Shown: positions 18,173 through 27,911, counted from the first letter of the stretch. The stretch: DNA of 64,000 nt from a virus (IMGVR_UViG_3300004369_000008:1-64000); one strand, 5' to 3'. Notes: generated from the sequence alone by a model not told the origin. Program-made: numbers and translations.

Positions 18173-18754
18173 ATGCGTCAATCAGAAGCACTACAAATTT
18201 TGGAACAGAAAATTTCCAAATGCACACTTTGTGCAGACCTGTCTCAATATCGATCTGACAATGAGTACCTGACTGTTCCCGGTGAGGGACGACCCAACGC
18301 CCAAGTTATGATCGTTGGAGAAGCTCCCGGTCAAAATGAGGCCAAACAAGGTAGTCCATTTGTAGGGAAAGCTGGCAAGTTGTTAGATGGTATCATTGAG
18401 GCATGTGGCTGGACTCGTTCAGAAGTATTTATCGCCAACATTCTGAAATGCCGACCGCCCGGAAATCGTGACCCGCTCCCTGAAGAAGCCACAAATTGCC
18501 GTACTTATCTAAACATGCAAATCAAGATCATCAATCCTAAATGGATACTTTGCTTCGGCAAGGTGGCATCGATCAATCTTCTGGGAAGAACCCCAGATAC
18601 GCCCATGAGAGCCTTGAGAGGTGATGTTTACGAACACGAAGGTCGAAAGGTGATTTGCACTTATCATCCTTCATATCTGCTGAGAAATCCTGCTGCCAAG
18701 AAAGATGTGTGGGAGGATTTACAGCCTTGTCTTCGGGATTTGTCCTCCAAGTGA
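18173..18754 (+). CDS. Uracil-DNA glycosylase family 4 (Fe-S)
   Basis: CTLC...GEAPG..E...PFVG..G, NILKCRPP.NR.P, TYHPS. Confidence 0.93.
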   Translation: MRQSEALQILEQKISKCTLCADLSQYRSDNEYLTVPGEGRPNAQVMIVGEAPGQNEAKQGSPFVGKAGKLLDGIIEACGWTRSEVFIANILKCRPPGNRDPLPEEATNCRTYLNMQIKIINPKWILCFGKVASINLLGRTPDTPMRALRGDVYEHEGRKVICTYHPSYLLRNPAAKKDVWEDLQPCLRDLSSK

Positions 18755-18775
18755 CATATTTTTGATCCGATTTGC

Positions 18776-18803
18776 TTTACAGCCCAAAAGTCGTTCGTAA
18801 AAT
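18776..18803 (+). promoter_or_regulatory. Putative early promoter TTTACA-16-(CG)TAAAAT
   Basis: Repeated motif; heads the NAD cluster. Confidence 0.65.
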
Positions 18804-18854
18804 AGTTTCGTCAAGGGAATTTACCCAGAACGTCACAACAACAAGGACCAAATC

Positions 18855-19742
18855 ATGCGAATTGACCTGTTCATCGTTGACGGTCTCAATGATTTTTGTG
18901 CCACCGGCAATGAGTCGTGGAATCTTGAGAAGCGTCGTGGTGCATTATTCGTCGATAACGCCGACACAGAGGCTCAACTCTGTGCCGACATGATCGAACG
19001 ACTTACACCCTCGGACCAACCATCAAAGCTCGCCAAAATTCACAAATTCTGCGACGAGCATCACAAGAACGACATCGCTCATCCGGGTTTCTGGAAAAAA
19101 CCGGACGGCTCTCATCCCGGCCCATTCACTGGCCCTGTTACGCTCGCCGATGTGGAGAGCCATCGTCTGACTCCTGTTCTCGACGGTTGGCGACCACGAG
19201 TTCTGGCCTATATCAAGGCTCTGGATAAGCGAAGCCGCAATCCTCTCATCATCTGGCCGGAACACTGCCTGTTCAAGTCGTGGGGCGCTTGCGTCTACAA
19301 GCCCATCGCAGATGCTCTCAATCTGTGGTGTGAACGAACTGGCGGATGGGTCAACTTCATCGACAAAGGCCGTTTCCCGCTGACCGAACACTACGGCGGA
19401 TTCGAGGCGGATGTGCCGGATGACGACCATCAGGACACCAAGTTCAATACAAAACTTGTGCCAGACTTGGAAGCCGCTGACAAGGTGGCGTGGATTGGTT
19501 GGGCTGGTTCGCACTGTCTTAAATGGACGGCAAGCGACGGGATCAACTACTTCACCGATCCCAACGATGGCTCAAATGCGCTCGTGAAGAAGTCCATCTT
19601 TTTCGAAGACGGTTCTGCCCCGGTCGTATCTCCTGATCCTCAGCAAACGGCCATGTTCGCCCAGTGGCGTCGGGACTTCCTCGACGAAATGGACAAACGT
19701 GGTGCTACGATCACGAAGACGACAGAGTTTCTCAAAGCATAA
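18855..19742 (+). CDS. pncA: Nicotinamidase (isochorismatase superfamily)
   Basis: IVDGLNDFC, GALFV, DEH, IWPEHC, KG, GWAGSHC; adjacent to pncB/nadE. Confidence 0.75.
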   Translation: MRIDLFIVDGLNDFCATGNESWNLEKRRGALFVDNADTEAQLCADMIERLTPSDQPSKLAKIHKFCDEHHKNDIAHPGFWKKPDGSHPGPFTGPVTLADVESHRLTPVLDGWRPRVLAYIKALDKRSRNPLIIWPEHCLFKSWGACVYKPIADALNLWCERTGGWVNFIDKGRFPLTEHYGGFEADVPDDDHQDTKFNTKLVPDLEAADKVAWIGWAGSHCLKWTASDGINYFTDPNDGSNALVKKSIFFEDGSAPVVSPDPQQTAMFAQWRRDFLDEMDKRGATITKTTEFLKA

Positions 19743-19758
19743 GAGAAAGGACCGACTC

Positions 19759-20022
19759 GTGAATCAAATTCACACTGCTCTCTGCAAGGCACACGCCGTT
19801 CTCAAGTGGTTTGCTTTTGGAGAGGCTGTCCGGTTGGCAGATCAAGTCTACAACATTTGTATTGCCTACCCGGATAAGAAAGATGACGAGTCGGCCCAAA
19901 AACAATTGTTGGAGATTGCTCAGAAAACCCAAAACTTCTTGCAATCTCACAACGGTCCCCCAACTCATGACGAGTCCTACAAGGAACTCTCGGCAGCGCT
20001 TCTCAAACACCAGATAGGATGA
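19759..20022 (+). CDS. Hypothetical protein
   Basis: GTG start after GAAAGGA; operon-packed. Confidence 0.5.
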   Translation: MNQIHTALCKAHAVLKWFAFGEAVRLADQVYNICIAYPDKKDDESAQKQLLEIAQKTQNFLQSHNGPPTHDESYKELSAALLKHQIG

Positions 20023-20813
20023 AACCAATGTCAACCACTTTGAAACCTGATTTCCAATCATTCATGTTGCCCACAGGGGGCAACTTCACCGGACTGAAGA
20101 TCGGCCATGAAGACATGACCTCTGAGAATACGGTTGCGACCGGATTGCTCGATGAGTCCGGTTCGACCAATTCCTTCGCACGAGACATGGAGTTGGCAGT
20201 CGGGGAGATCATCAAATCTCTTCGTGATTCGTCACGAGCAGAACACATCATGTATCGTCATTGTCACTTCGGCACTGGCTTTCGTGAACACCACGGTTAT
20301 ACACCGTTGTCGAAGCTGAATCCCGGCGATTACGACGGTTGTTACCAGCCGGGTGGTGCAACCCATTTGTACGACAGTTGTGTGAATGTCATCGAAGCCA
20401 CGCAGGTCTACGGTGAAGAGATAACGAATAAGAAGTACCTGTGCAATGGGTTCATCTACATCATCACGGACGGCGCAGACTACGGCTCGACGTTGACCAT
20501 CCCTGATGTTCGTGATGCTCTTGCCAAAGCCATTGCCAGTGAAGATTTGGAATCGCTGATGACCGTTCTCATCGGCGTCAACGTCGGATCGTACAAGGCC
20601 GGACTGGAGAAGTTCAAAAACGATGCCGGTCTCACCCAGTTTATCACTCTGGAAAATACCAGTGCCAAGGCACTGGCGAAATTGTCCGGGTTCATCGTCT
20701 CGTCCATGATGGCTCAATCGCAACACCTCGGATTGGGTGGACCTTCACAACCCCTCGACCCGAACACAGGAAAGCCGGTTGCTGCCGGAAGCACAGGGTC
20801 GCTGACGTTTTAA
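20019..20813 (+). CDS. vWA (MIDAS) domain protein, TerY-like
   Basis: LLDESGS, GGATHLYD, IITDG.D. Confidence 0.75.
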   Translation: MKPMSTTLKPDFQSFMLPTGGNFTGLKIGHEDMTSENTVATGLLDESGSTNSFARDMELAVGEIIKSLRDSSRAEHIMYRHCHFGTGFREHHGYTPLSKLNPGDYDGCYQPGGATHLYDSCVNVIEATQVYGEEITNKKYLCNGFIYIITDGADYGSTLTIPDVRDALAKAIASEDLESLMTVLIGVNVGSYKAGLEKFKNDAGLTQFITLENTSAKALAKLSGFIVSSMMAQSQHLGLGGPSQPLDPNTGKPVAAGSTGSLTF

Positions 20814-20872
20814 CCGTTAATCATCAAAGAAATCATCAAAGAGGGAGAAAAGGCTCATTGGTGGGAAGAGAA

Positions 20873-21418
20873 ATGATTTTCATTAACGAACTCGATGTCA
20901 TGCAAGATGGTTTCCGGTTGGCAAAACCGCAACTGTGCGACATGGTTAATTTTGTTGCACAAGGCGGGAGATTCAATCACGAATCGTTGTTGCAGCACAA
21001 CCCTCAGAGAACATCTCTGGTGGCTGTGGTCGAGTTCGAAGATGGCCGCAGATTCATCCGAGATGGGTTTCACAGAGCGGCAGTGATCCTTTTTGCCCGA
21101 GACGTGCCGTGCATATTTGATGATGAATACGTCATTGAGAATATGACGTATGACATGTATCTCGAACCGAACATTGAAAATCAATGGTACACGCCATTTG
21201 ATCCACGCATCGAAGTCAGACGGTCTGACTTCTTTAATTTCAAAGATGAAGTTTTATCTCGCATCGATCAAGATGGTGTGATTGATTTCATCAAACAAAA
21301 CAAGGATCGTTACGCTATACCTCGAAATAGCAGTCACAAACTCGTGACTCATGCCGAGAAACTATGGCCAATTTGGAATCAAGATCATGCCGATCATCAA
21401 GTCAATGCTAGACAATGA
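20873..21418 (+). CDS. ParB/Srx-like domain protein
   Basis: IRDGFHRA motif. Confidence 0.55.
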   Translation: MIFINELDVMQDGFRLAKPQLCDMVNFVAQGGRFNHESLLQHNPQRTSLVAVVEFEDGRRFIRDGFHRAAVILFARDVPCIFDDEYVIENMTYDMYLEPNIENQWYTPFDPRIEVRRSDFFNFKDEVLSRIDQDGVIDFIKQNKDRYAIPRNSSHKLVTHAEKLWPIWNQDHADHQVNARQ

Positions 21419-22559
21419 TTTGTATAAATACTCGATGCAAGCGGCGGTGTTGGAATACCGCCAGCATGTACCTGTCAAATATGTCTTCAAGAACCGCCGA
21501 CCAGAAGGCAAGTTCAATAAGGCATTCATGACTGGACTCAACCAAGAGTTGGAATCCATGTCAGAGGTCGCTGCAAAAGATGAAGAACTGCAATGGTTCC
21601 AAGATACTTGTCCATTCATGACGGATCAGTACATGGAGTATCTTAGGAACTACCGATACAACCCAGCAGACATCAGTGCAAAACTCGTGGACGGCGATCT
21701 TCAATTAGAAATCAACGGCTCTTGGGATCGCACCATTCTCTGGGAAGTCCCTCTCATGAGCGTGATCTCAGAGTTGTATTTCACTCATTGCGACACCAAC
21801 TGGGCACATGACGAAATTGCTCAAGCCAATGCTTTGATTGAAAAGGGGAATCGACTCAAAGATTGTAGTCTGGCTGACTTTGGAACTCGCCGTCGTCGCA
21901 GCCATAACATGCAAGATTTGGTGGTGAGAACCCTCAAGCAATTCCCTAAATTTGCGGGAACGAGCAATGTACATTTGGCGCACAAATATGGCGTCAAACC
22001 AATCGGCACGATGGCCCACGAATGGATCATGGGAATCAGTGCCCTTGAAGGTTTGAGATTCGCCAACCGACAAGCTCTGAACATCTGGAGCAAAGTCTTC
22101 CGTGGTCGTCTGGGAGTGGCCCTGACGGATACATTTGGAACAGGTGCGTTCTTTGAAGATTTCGACGACTACCTCGCCCGTCTGTTTGATGGTGTGCGAC
22201 ATGATAGCGGTGATGCCTTGGTGTTTGCACGCAAAGTAATTAGTCATTACAAAAAACTTGGGATCGATCCGAAAACAAAAACCATTGTCTTCAGTGATGG
22301 ACTTGATGTGGACACGGCCCTACAAATCCAGAAGGAGTTGGATGGTCTGGTTCGGATCAGCTTCGGCATCGGAACGCACTTAACCAATGACTATGCAGGA
22401 TCGAAGGCTCTAAACATGGTCATCAAACTGTGGTCTTGTAATGGCGTTACTGTGGTCAAGCTGAGCGACGTTGCTGCTAGTAAACAAATCGGTGACAAAG
22501 ACGCTTTGCGTGTCGCCAACTGGACTTTCTTCAACACTCCATTGGATTCAGTTGTATAA
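21387..22559 (+). CDS. pncB: Nicotinate phosphoribosyltransferase
   Basis: LDNDLYKYSM, ADFGTRRR, GTSN, IGTMAHEW, LTDTFGT, GVRHDSGD, FSDGL, FGIGT, KLSD. Confidence 0.95.
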   Translation: MPIIKSMLDNDLYKYSMQAAVLEYRQHVPVKYVFKNRRPEGKFNKAFMTGLNQELESMSEVAAKDEELQWFQDTCPFMTDQYMEYLRNYRYNPADISAKLVDGDLQLEINGSWDRTILWEVPLMSVISELYFTHCDTNWAHDEIAQANALIEKGNRLKDCSLADFGTRRRRSHNMQDLVVRTLKQFPKFAGTSNVHLAHKYGVKPIGTMAHEWIMGISALEGLRFANRQALNIWSKVFRGRLGVALTDTFGTGAFFEDFDDYLARLFDGVRHDSGDALVFARKVISHYKKLGIDPKTKTIVFSDGLDVDTALQIQKELDGLVRISFGIGTHLTNDYAGSKALNMVIKLWSCNGVTVVKLSDVAASKQIGDKDALRVANWTFFNTPLDSVV

Positions 22560-22565
22560 AGTTGG

Positions 22566-22593
22566 TTTACAAGCCAAAAACGTGTCGTAGAAT
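22566..22593 (+). promoter_or_regulatory. Putative early promoter TTTACA-16-(CG)TAGAAT
   Basis: Repeated motif. Confidence 0.65.
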
Positions 22594-22737
22594 AGAAGTA
22601 GGAGGAAGCAGTGGAAGATCGAATCCAAACATTGGAACGGATTTCAGGGCTTCAGGTCTCACACCGAATGGAGAAGGAACAACATGTCTTTACATTCGGC
22701 GTTGGTCCTCGTAACAAACCTGCGGAAAGGAACTTGA

Positions 22738-23214
22738 ATGCCAACCCCAATCGTAAAAGCTGGACTTGGCATTCTTGTCATCAAAGACTCTAAGGTTCTC
22801 ACTGGCATTCGCAAAGGAAGCCATGGAGAAGGCAGGAGAGCGTTTCCGGGTGGTCATATCGATTCAGAAGACGAATCTCTCGTCCATGCCAGTTGTCGTG
22901 AATTGTCAGAAGAGTGTGGTATTCAAGTTCAACACCGATTGATCCGGGGTGGTTGGGACTTGTTTACAACATTCGACATTCTCAGCGAAGACGGACAGAA
23001 ACGGTATGTGACCATTTACATGGTTGCCGACTATATTTCTGGTGGCGAGTGGATCGACGATCACACTCTGAAAGGACTAGAACCGGATAAGTGCGAGAAG
23101 TGGGAGTTTCATTCACTTGAAACTTTGGCCAAGTTAATCAAAGCCGAAGGAGATCAAGTGTGGATTCCCATTGATCGAATCCAACTTCAACAGGAGACCT
23201 TGAATGAACGGTAG
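22738..23214 (+). CDS. Nudix hydrolase
   Basis: RKGSHG, FPGGH...E......RELSEECG, EPDKCEKW. Confidence 0.88.
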   Translation: MPTPIVKAGLGILVIKDSKVLTGIRKGSHGEGRRAFPGGHIDSEDESLVHASCRELSEECGIQVQHRLIRGGWDLFTTFDILSEDGQKRYVTIYMVADYISGGEWIDDHTLKGLEPDKCEKWEFHSLETLAKLIKAEGDQVWIPIDRIQLQQETLNER

Positions 23215-23758
23215 CATTCCTCCTTTTCTGATGCCTTTCATGCAGCAGGATGACGGACGACGCAGCCCTGCGGACGACGCTTTTGTTCCCCCTCGCATCA
23301 ACAAGGCCATTGAGTTCCTTGAACTCATGGCTCTGAAGCGTCGGAGACAAGCGGCTGCATCCGATCATCAAATGGAGGTTATCGAACCTGACAATCTCTG
23401 TGCTGAGGAAGAAGCAGCACGAGATTCAGCACTCCAATGTCTTGCCAAATACTTTGATGGCAAGCTGGAAAACAACGTCTGGGAAGAGCTTCGCCTACAA
23501 TCCATCAAGCAGAAGGTGGAACACGAAGGGCAATGCGGACATGGCGTCAGCGGTGGCGTAGGTCGTATGATGAGTTGTCCGGCTTGCCACCAAAGTCCTC
23601 AACCCGATCCAAATTGCTCTCTGTGTGAAGGCTGTGGCCACTTGATGGTTCAGCCTGCTACGCCAGAGAATGTTCCACACCCCATTATGACGATCATGGA
23701 ACAAATCTTCAAAGCTCGTCCTCAACGGGGAGACGAAAAAGATGGAGACGCAGAATGA
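23204..23758 (+). CDS. Hypothetical protein with DnaJ-like CxxC...CxxCxGxG
   Basis: CPAC...CSLCEGCG. Confidence 0.6.
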   Translation: MNGSIPPFLMPFMQQDDGRRSPADDAFVPPRINKAIEFLELMALKRRRQAAASDHQMEVIEPDNLCAEEEAARDSALQCLAKYFDGKLENNVWEELRLQSIKQKVEHEGQCGHGVSGGVGRMMSCPACHQSPQPDPNCSLCEGCGHLMVQPATPENVPHPIMTIMEQIFKARPQRGDEKDGDAE

Positions 23759-25887
23759 ACGAGTTCGGTTTTGTCCGCATTACCGCTGTATCGCCGGTAC
23801 TCAAGGTCGGCGATCCCGATTTTAACACCACCAAAACGTTACAAGTTTTGGAACAGGTGCAAGACTCAGACATCGTAGTGTTTCCAGAACTCGGCATCAC
23901 TGGCTACACCTGCGGTGATCTGTTCCGTCAAGACACCCTCTACTACTCGATCTTCGAGCAGTTGGTCCGGCTCTGCGACTACAGCAAGAACCGACCACAC
24001 CAGTTGATCTTCGTAGGTGCGCCTTTCCGACTCGACAACAGCCTCTACAACTGTGCCTTCGCCATCAACAATGGTCGTGTAGTTGGGATCGTCCCCAAAC
24101 AGAACATCCCCAACTACAACGAGTTCTACGAAGGACGGTGGTTCCGCCGAGCAACTGGACAAGAACGCCAGAATGTTGCGTTGCTCTCTGGGCCACTCGC
24201 TGCGAGGAACATTGGGTTTGTCAACAGATGCCCGGTCTTATTCTTCGAGGCGTCCTTCAAATGGGTCCAAATATGCAATTCCCATGTGCCTTTCGGAACC
24301 AATCTGATCTTCTGGCACAAAGATGTGGGGATCATGGCTGAAATCTGCGAGGACTTGTGGATGCCCATTCCACCAAGTTCCTACGCCGCCCTCGCTGGGG
24401 CGCACATTATGGTCAACTTGTCGGCCAGTAATGAAACAGTCGCCAAGTGCGAATACCGACGTGCCCTCGTTGCCCAACAGTCTGGCCGCTGCATGTCGGC
24501 CTACATCTATGCTTCGTCTGGGCCGAAAGAATCAACCAGTGATGTTGTCTTTGGTGGGCATTGCCTCATCGCTGAGAACAGTCACATGTTGATTGAATCG
24601 GAACGAGTCGGCGATGGCAAGTTGCATACGGGCGGCTCTGTCTTCATCACAGCGGACGTGGACGTTCAGAAGTTGCAAGCCGAACGTCGCTGCACAACCA
24701 GCTTTGGCGATGCCTCCAACAACACCAACCAATTCCAGCCTGTTCGGATTGAGTTGCTCGAAGAAGAAACTCCGAAACCGTTGATCCAGAAACGGAATGG
24801 GCGTCCGTTCGTTCCTCAAAACGAAACCACGCTTCACAATCGGTGTGCCGAAATCTTCGGGATTCAGGTCGCTGGACTTTCCAAGAGAATTGAACGTCTC
24901 GGCGGACAACCTGCGTTGCAAATCGGAATCTCTGGTGGCTTGGACTCCACTCTGGCTGCATTGGTGGCTGCCAAGGCGTGTAAGATAACCGGCTTCAAGT
25001 CAAGCATCATCAAGGCAATCACAATGCCGGGGTTTGGGACAACGCCCAAGACCAAGACAAACGCCTTGGCTCTCATGGAACATCTGGGATTCGAGTCGGA
25101 CACCATCGACATTCGACCGGCGTGTCTCCAGACATTTCGGGACATCAAACACAGCCCTTTCGGAATTGACTTGGGACAAGCTGGAGAAGCCGGATCGCTA
25201 GGAGTTGAAGGCTTAACAGGCACGCTTGCTGGACTTAATCCAGAAGTCCTCGCCCAAGGCGATCTCAAGTTCGAGAACATTCAGGCTCGCCAACGGACCT
25301 ATCTGCTCATGAGCCGGGGGTTCGTGTTGGGGACGGGTGATCTCTCTGAGTTGGCCTTGGGGTGGTGTACCTACAATGGCGATCACATGAGCATGTACAA
25401 CGTAAACTGCTCGATCCCCAAGACGCTCGTGAAGTTTCTCGTCAATTACGTTGCGATGCACGAGTATGACGATGGGCCGGTGCGACAAACGTTGTTGGAC
25501 ATCGTTGGCACAAAGATTTCCCCAGAACTTTTGCCGCACAATCAGGGCGAAATCGTACAATCCACTGAGGATGTCCTTGGACCATACGAGTTGCACGACT
25601 TCTACCTCTTCTACCTCATGAGAAACGGATTCTCGCCGAAGAAAATATGGTATCTCACCAACAATACCATATTCACTCAGAACTACAGCCCAGAACTCAA
25701 GCTGAAGACGCTGCGAACGTTCATTGCACGCTTCTTCTCTCAGCAATTCAAACGGAATTGTGTTCCTGATGGTCCAAAAGTTGGTTCTGTCAGTTTGTCA
25801 CCTCGTGGTGATTGGCGTATGCCATCCGACGCCGACGCAACTCTGTGGCTCAAGGAAGTAGACGATATTGAATGGAGCTTGCGATGA
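23755..25887 (+). CDS. nadE: Glutamine-dependent NAD+ synthetase
   Basis: Nitrilase domain FPELGITGY, PK..IPNY.EFYE, EICEDLW; synthetase GISGGLDS, ENIQARQR, GTGDLSE, KISPEL, QFKR. Confidence 0.96.
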   Translation: MNEFGFVRITAVSPVLKVGDPDFNTTKTLQVLEQVQDSDIVVFPELGITGYTCGDLFRQDTLYYSIFEQLVRLCDYSKNRPHQLIFVGAPFRLDNSLYNCAFAINNGRVVGIVPKQNIPNYNEFYEGRWFRRATGQERQNVALLSGPLAARNIGFVNRCPVLFFEASFKWVQICNSHVPFGTNLIFWHKDVGIMAEICEDLWMPIPPSSYAALAGAHIMVNLSASNETVAKCEYRRALVAQQSGRCMSAYIYASSGPKESTSDVVFGGHCLIAENSHMLIESERVGDGKLHTGGSVFITADVDVQKLQAERRCTTSFGDASNNTNQFQPVRIELLEEETPKPLIQKRNGRPFVPQNETTLHNRCAEIFGIQVAGLSKRIERLGGQPALQIGISGGLDSTLAALVAAKACKITGFKSSIIKAITMPGFGTTPKTKTNALALMEHLGFESDTIDIRPACLQTFRDIKHSPFGIDLGQAGEAGSLGVEGLTGTLAGLNPEVLAQGDLKFENIQARQRTYLLMSRGFVLGTGDLSELALGWCTYNGDHMSMYNVNCSIPKTLVKFLVNYVAMHEYDDGPVRQTLLDIVGTKISPELLPHNQGEIVQSTEDVLGPYELHDFYLFYLMRNGFSPKKIWYLTNNTIFTQNYSPELKLKTLRTFIARFFSQQFKRNCVPDGPKVGSVSLSPRGDWRMPSDADATLWLKEVDDIEWSLR

Positions 25888-26021
25888 ATACAGGATCATA
25901 CTTCAAGATTGGTAGCACACACGTCGTTTGTGAAGATTATGCAATTCACACAGATGACGCCGTGGTTGTTTCTGATGGCTGTTCAAATGGTGGTGGACCA
26001 TTGATGACCCTGAAATCGTAG
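25884..26021 (+). pseudogene. Truncated PP2C-type phosphatase (N-terminal 45 codons)
   Basis: ATGA overlap with nadE; IGSTHVVCEDYA...VVSDGCS are PP2C motifs 1-2, followed by a premature stop. Confidence 0.65.
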
Positions 26022-26146
26022 CCGACATGAGGTTGTGTCATGCGTCGAATCAGGTACAATTCGCCCGAGCAGACAAATTGTTTGTTCTGAAGGTAAAATG
26101 ACCACTTACTGAATGGACTTAGGATGAAAACTCCAGATGGTTGGGG

Positions 26147-26178
26147 AAGGGCTGGGCCGAAAGGCTCAGCCCTTTTTT
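26147..26178 (+). terminator. Intrinsic terminator
   Basis: AAGGGCTGGGCC-GAAA-GGCTCAGCCCTTTTTT. Confidence 0.85.
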
Positions 26179-26972
26179 GTTGCGCTCTTGCGATATTCAA
26201 CCTCTTCAGGCGTGCAAATTCTATCGTGAATCTCACACGCCTCATCGTAGTTTTCAATCCATTCATGTAGAGGTTGCTCTCTAAGTTTTCTGGATTTTGG
26301 TCGGAGTGAACCCATTCGGAATACCCCTAAGAAATCCAAAATTCGATTGGTTTGATTGTCCCAATCATCAAGGAAATCTTCGTAGAAAACCTCAAGAGTA
26401 TCTAATCCTTGAGTCTCTCTTTTGATTTTTTCAACATAATTCTGATCCCATGTGTACCATCCTCGAAAATGATCTTCAGTAACATGAATTTTAATGACAT
26501 CCGCAGGACCATCATTTCGTTCGGTTCCATCTGGAAGTTCAGTGAATCTTTGCCAAAGATCAGTCTTGATAGCCACGGATTGAGACGTGTATTGTTCCAT
26601 CCTGTTTCTGCGGAAGGGAATAATGATCTTGTAACCTTGTTCTCGGATGTAATCTCGAACATCAGTGAGTTCTCCAAGAGGATCGGGATGCTCATGTGTG
26701 CGTGCTTGATAGCCTTGGAGCTTAAACCCGACAGCTAAATGCTCAGGCTTGACATTCTCCGATAAAATCTTTTCAAGATAGCTCTTAGCTGTTGCGTGTT
26801 CTGAGTAGCATGTCTTGAACTGATGATATCCGATTTGATCTGGATACTTGTGATATCTTTGGTGAAAAAGTTCAGCTAGACATAGAACTTGGGGATGATG
26901 TCCCAGAACTCCCCACAGCATGGTCGAGCCTGTTCTTGGCTGATGACAGATAGCAAATTTAATGATCGACAT
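26166..26972 (-). CDS. Sulfotransferase (Stf0-like)
   Basis: 5'-PSB loop QPRTGSTML, ELF, GFK, RRN...QYTS (3'-PB), YED. Confidence 0.8.
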   Translation of the reverse strand: MSIIKFAICHQPRTGSTMLWGVLGHHPQVLCLAELFHQRYHKYPDQIGYHQFKTCYSEHATAKSYLEKILSENVKPEHLAVGFKLQGYQARTHEHPDPLGELTDVRDYIREQGYKIIIPFRRNRMEQYTSQSVAIKTDLWQRFTELPDGTERNDGPADVIKIHVTEDHFRGWYTWDQNYVEKIKRETQGLDTLEVFYEDFLDDWDNQTNRILDFLGVFRMGSLRPKSRKLREQPLHEWIENYDEACEIHDRICTPEEVEYRKSATKKG

Positions 26973-27441
26973 TTCTTATCCTAACCCACTCGGTGAACGA
27001 GGATGACATTTTGCGACGTATTGAATTCAGATAACGTGGCAACGTGTCTTTGAGTTTAGGATGAAGTTTTGTTTGTTTCATCTCGGAGAATGATACCCAT
27101 TTCCAATCAGTGTGTTCATCACTCAAGTTTTTCACGTCGAACTGGTCCTGAACTCGATAGAGAAATGTCGTGAAGGTCTTGCGACCGTCCTTGCTAACCA
27201 GTGTTTCAAATCTTCGACCGGGAATACTTTCGAGACCAGTTTCCTCTTTGGTCTCCCTGATGGCTGTTCCAATTTTTGTTTCACCATCTTTGGCACCACC
27301 GCCCGGCAAACACCAAGTTTCTCCATTGTCAGAATCGCCTGATCTTTTCAACAGAAGAACCGATTCGCCATCGGTGAATAGTATTCCAGCAGCCTGCTTG
27401 TTATTTACTTTAGTGCCGCCCTTGCCAAATCTGTGAAACAT
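26959..27441 (-). CDS. Nudix hydrolase
   Basis: WCLPGGG...GE.....AIRETKEETG; EHTDWKW. Confidence 0.9.
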   Translation of the reverse strand: MFHRFGKGGTKVNNKQAAGILFTDGESVLLLKRSGDSDNGETWCLPGGGAKDGETKIGTAIRETKEETGLESIPGRRFETLVSKDGRKTFTTFLYRVQDQFDVKNLSDEHTDWKWVSFSEMKQTKLHPKLKDTLPRYLNSIRRKMSSSFTEWVRIRNVDH

Positions 27442-27911
27442 TACTTAGGCCCTCTTTTCAGAGGGACTCGCTTCAAATTTTCGATATGACGATCTGGCTT
27501 ATCTTTGAGATCGTGCATGATGCTACGAACCTTTTGTGCAATTTCAGAAGCGTTCTCTGAATCTGTAGAAGCCGTGGATTGGACAGAGACAGTCTTGCGG
27601 TCTTTGTTGTAGAACCCCTTGGAGATATAGAACTTCTTCTCCTTGGGATTCCAGCTAACCACACATGACCACTCTCCATCATCCCAGTTTCTTGCAGAAA
27701 CAAGGATGCGAATGGGTTGTTCTTCGAACACATGCTTGACATGCAGATCATATTTCTTGAGCGCAGCCGAGACATAACCGAGGCAAATCTTAGCGTAACT
27801 GTCCAGAATCTCATCGATTTTGGTGCGGAAGTTGACTTCCACGCTGTAACGTGAATCTGCTTCGGCGAGTGTGCTTTGGTCTTTCAACCAGCTAATGAAA
27901 GTTCTGCTCAT
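27441..27911 (-). CDS. Hypothetical protein (possible internal head protein)
   Basis: N-terminal TFISWL...LAE; CTATATA motif 4 nt upstream. Confidence 0.65.
   Translation of the reverse strand: MSRTFISWLKDQSTLAEADSRYSVEVNFRTKIDEILDSYAKICLGYVSAALKKYDLHVKHVFEEQPIRILVSARNWDDGEWSCVVSWNPKEKKFYISKGFYNKDRKTVSVQSTASTDSENASEIAQKVRSIMHDLKDKPDRHIENLKRVPLKRGPK

Noticed and set aside
22611-22793. Functional 60-aa gene after the early promoter
   Set aside because: It has a good RBS but runs 56 nt into the Nudix gene with no recognisable motif; it may be another deletion stub and cannot be supported
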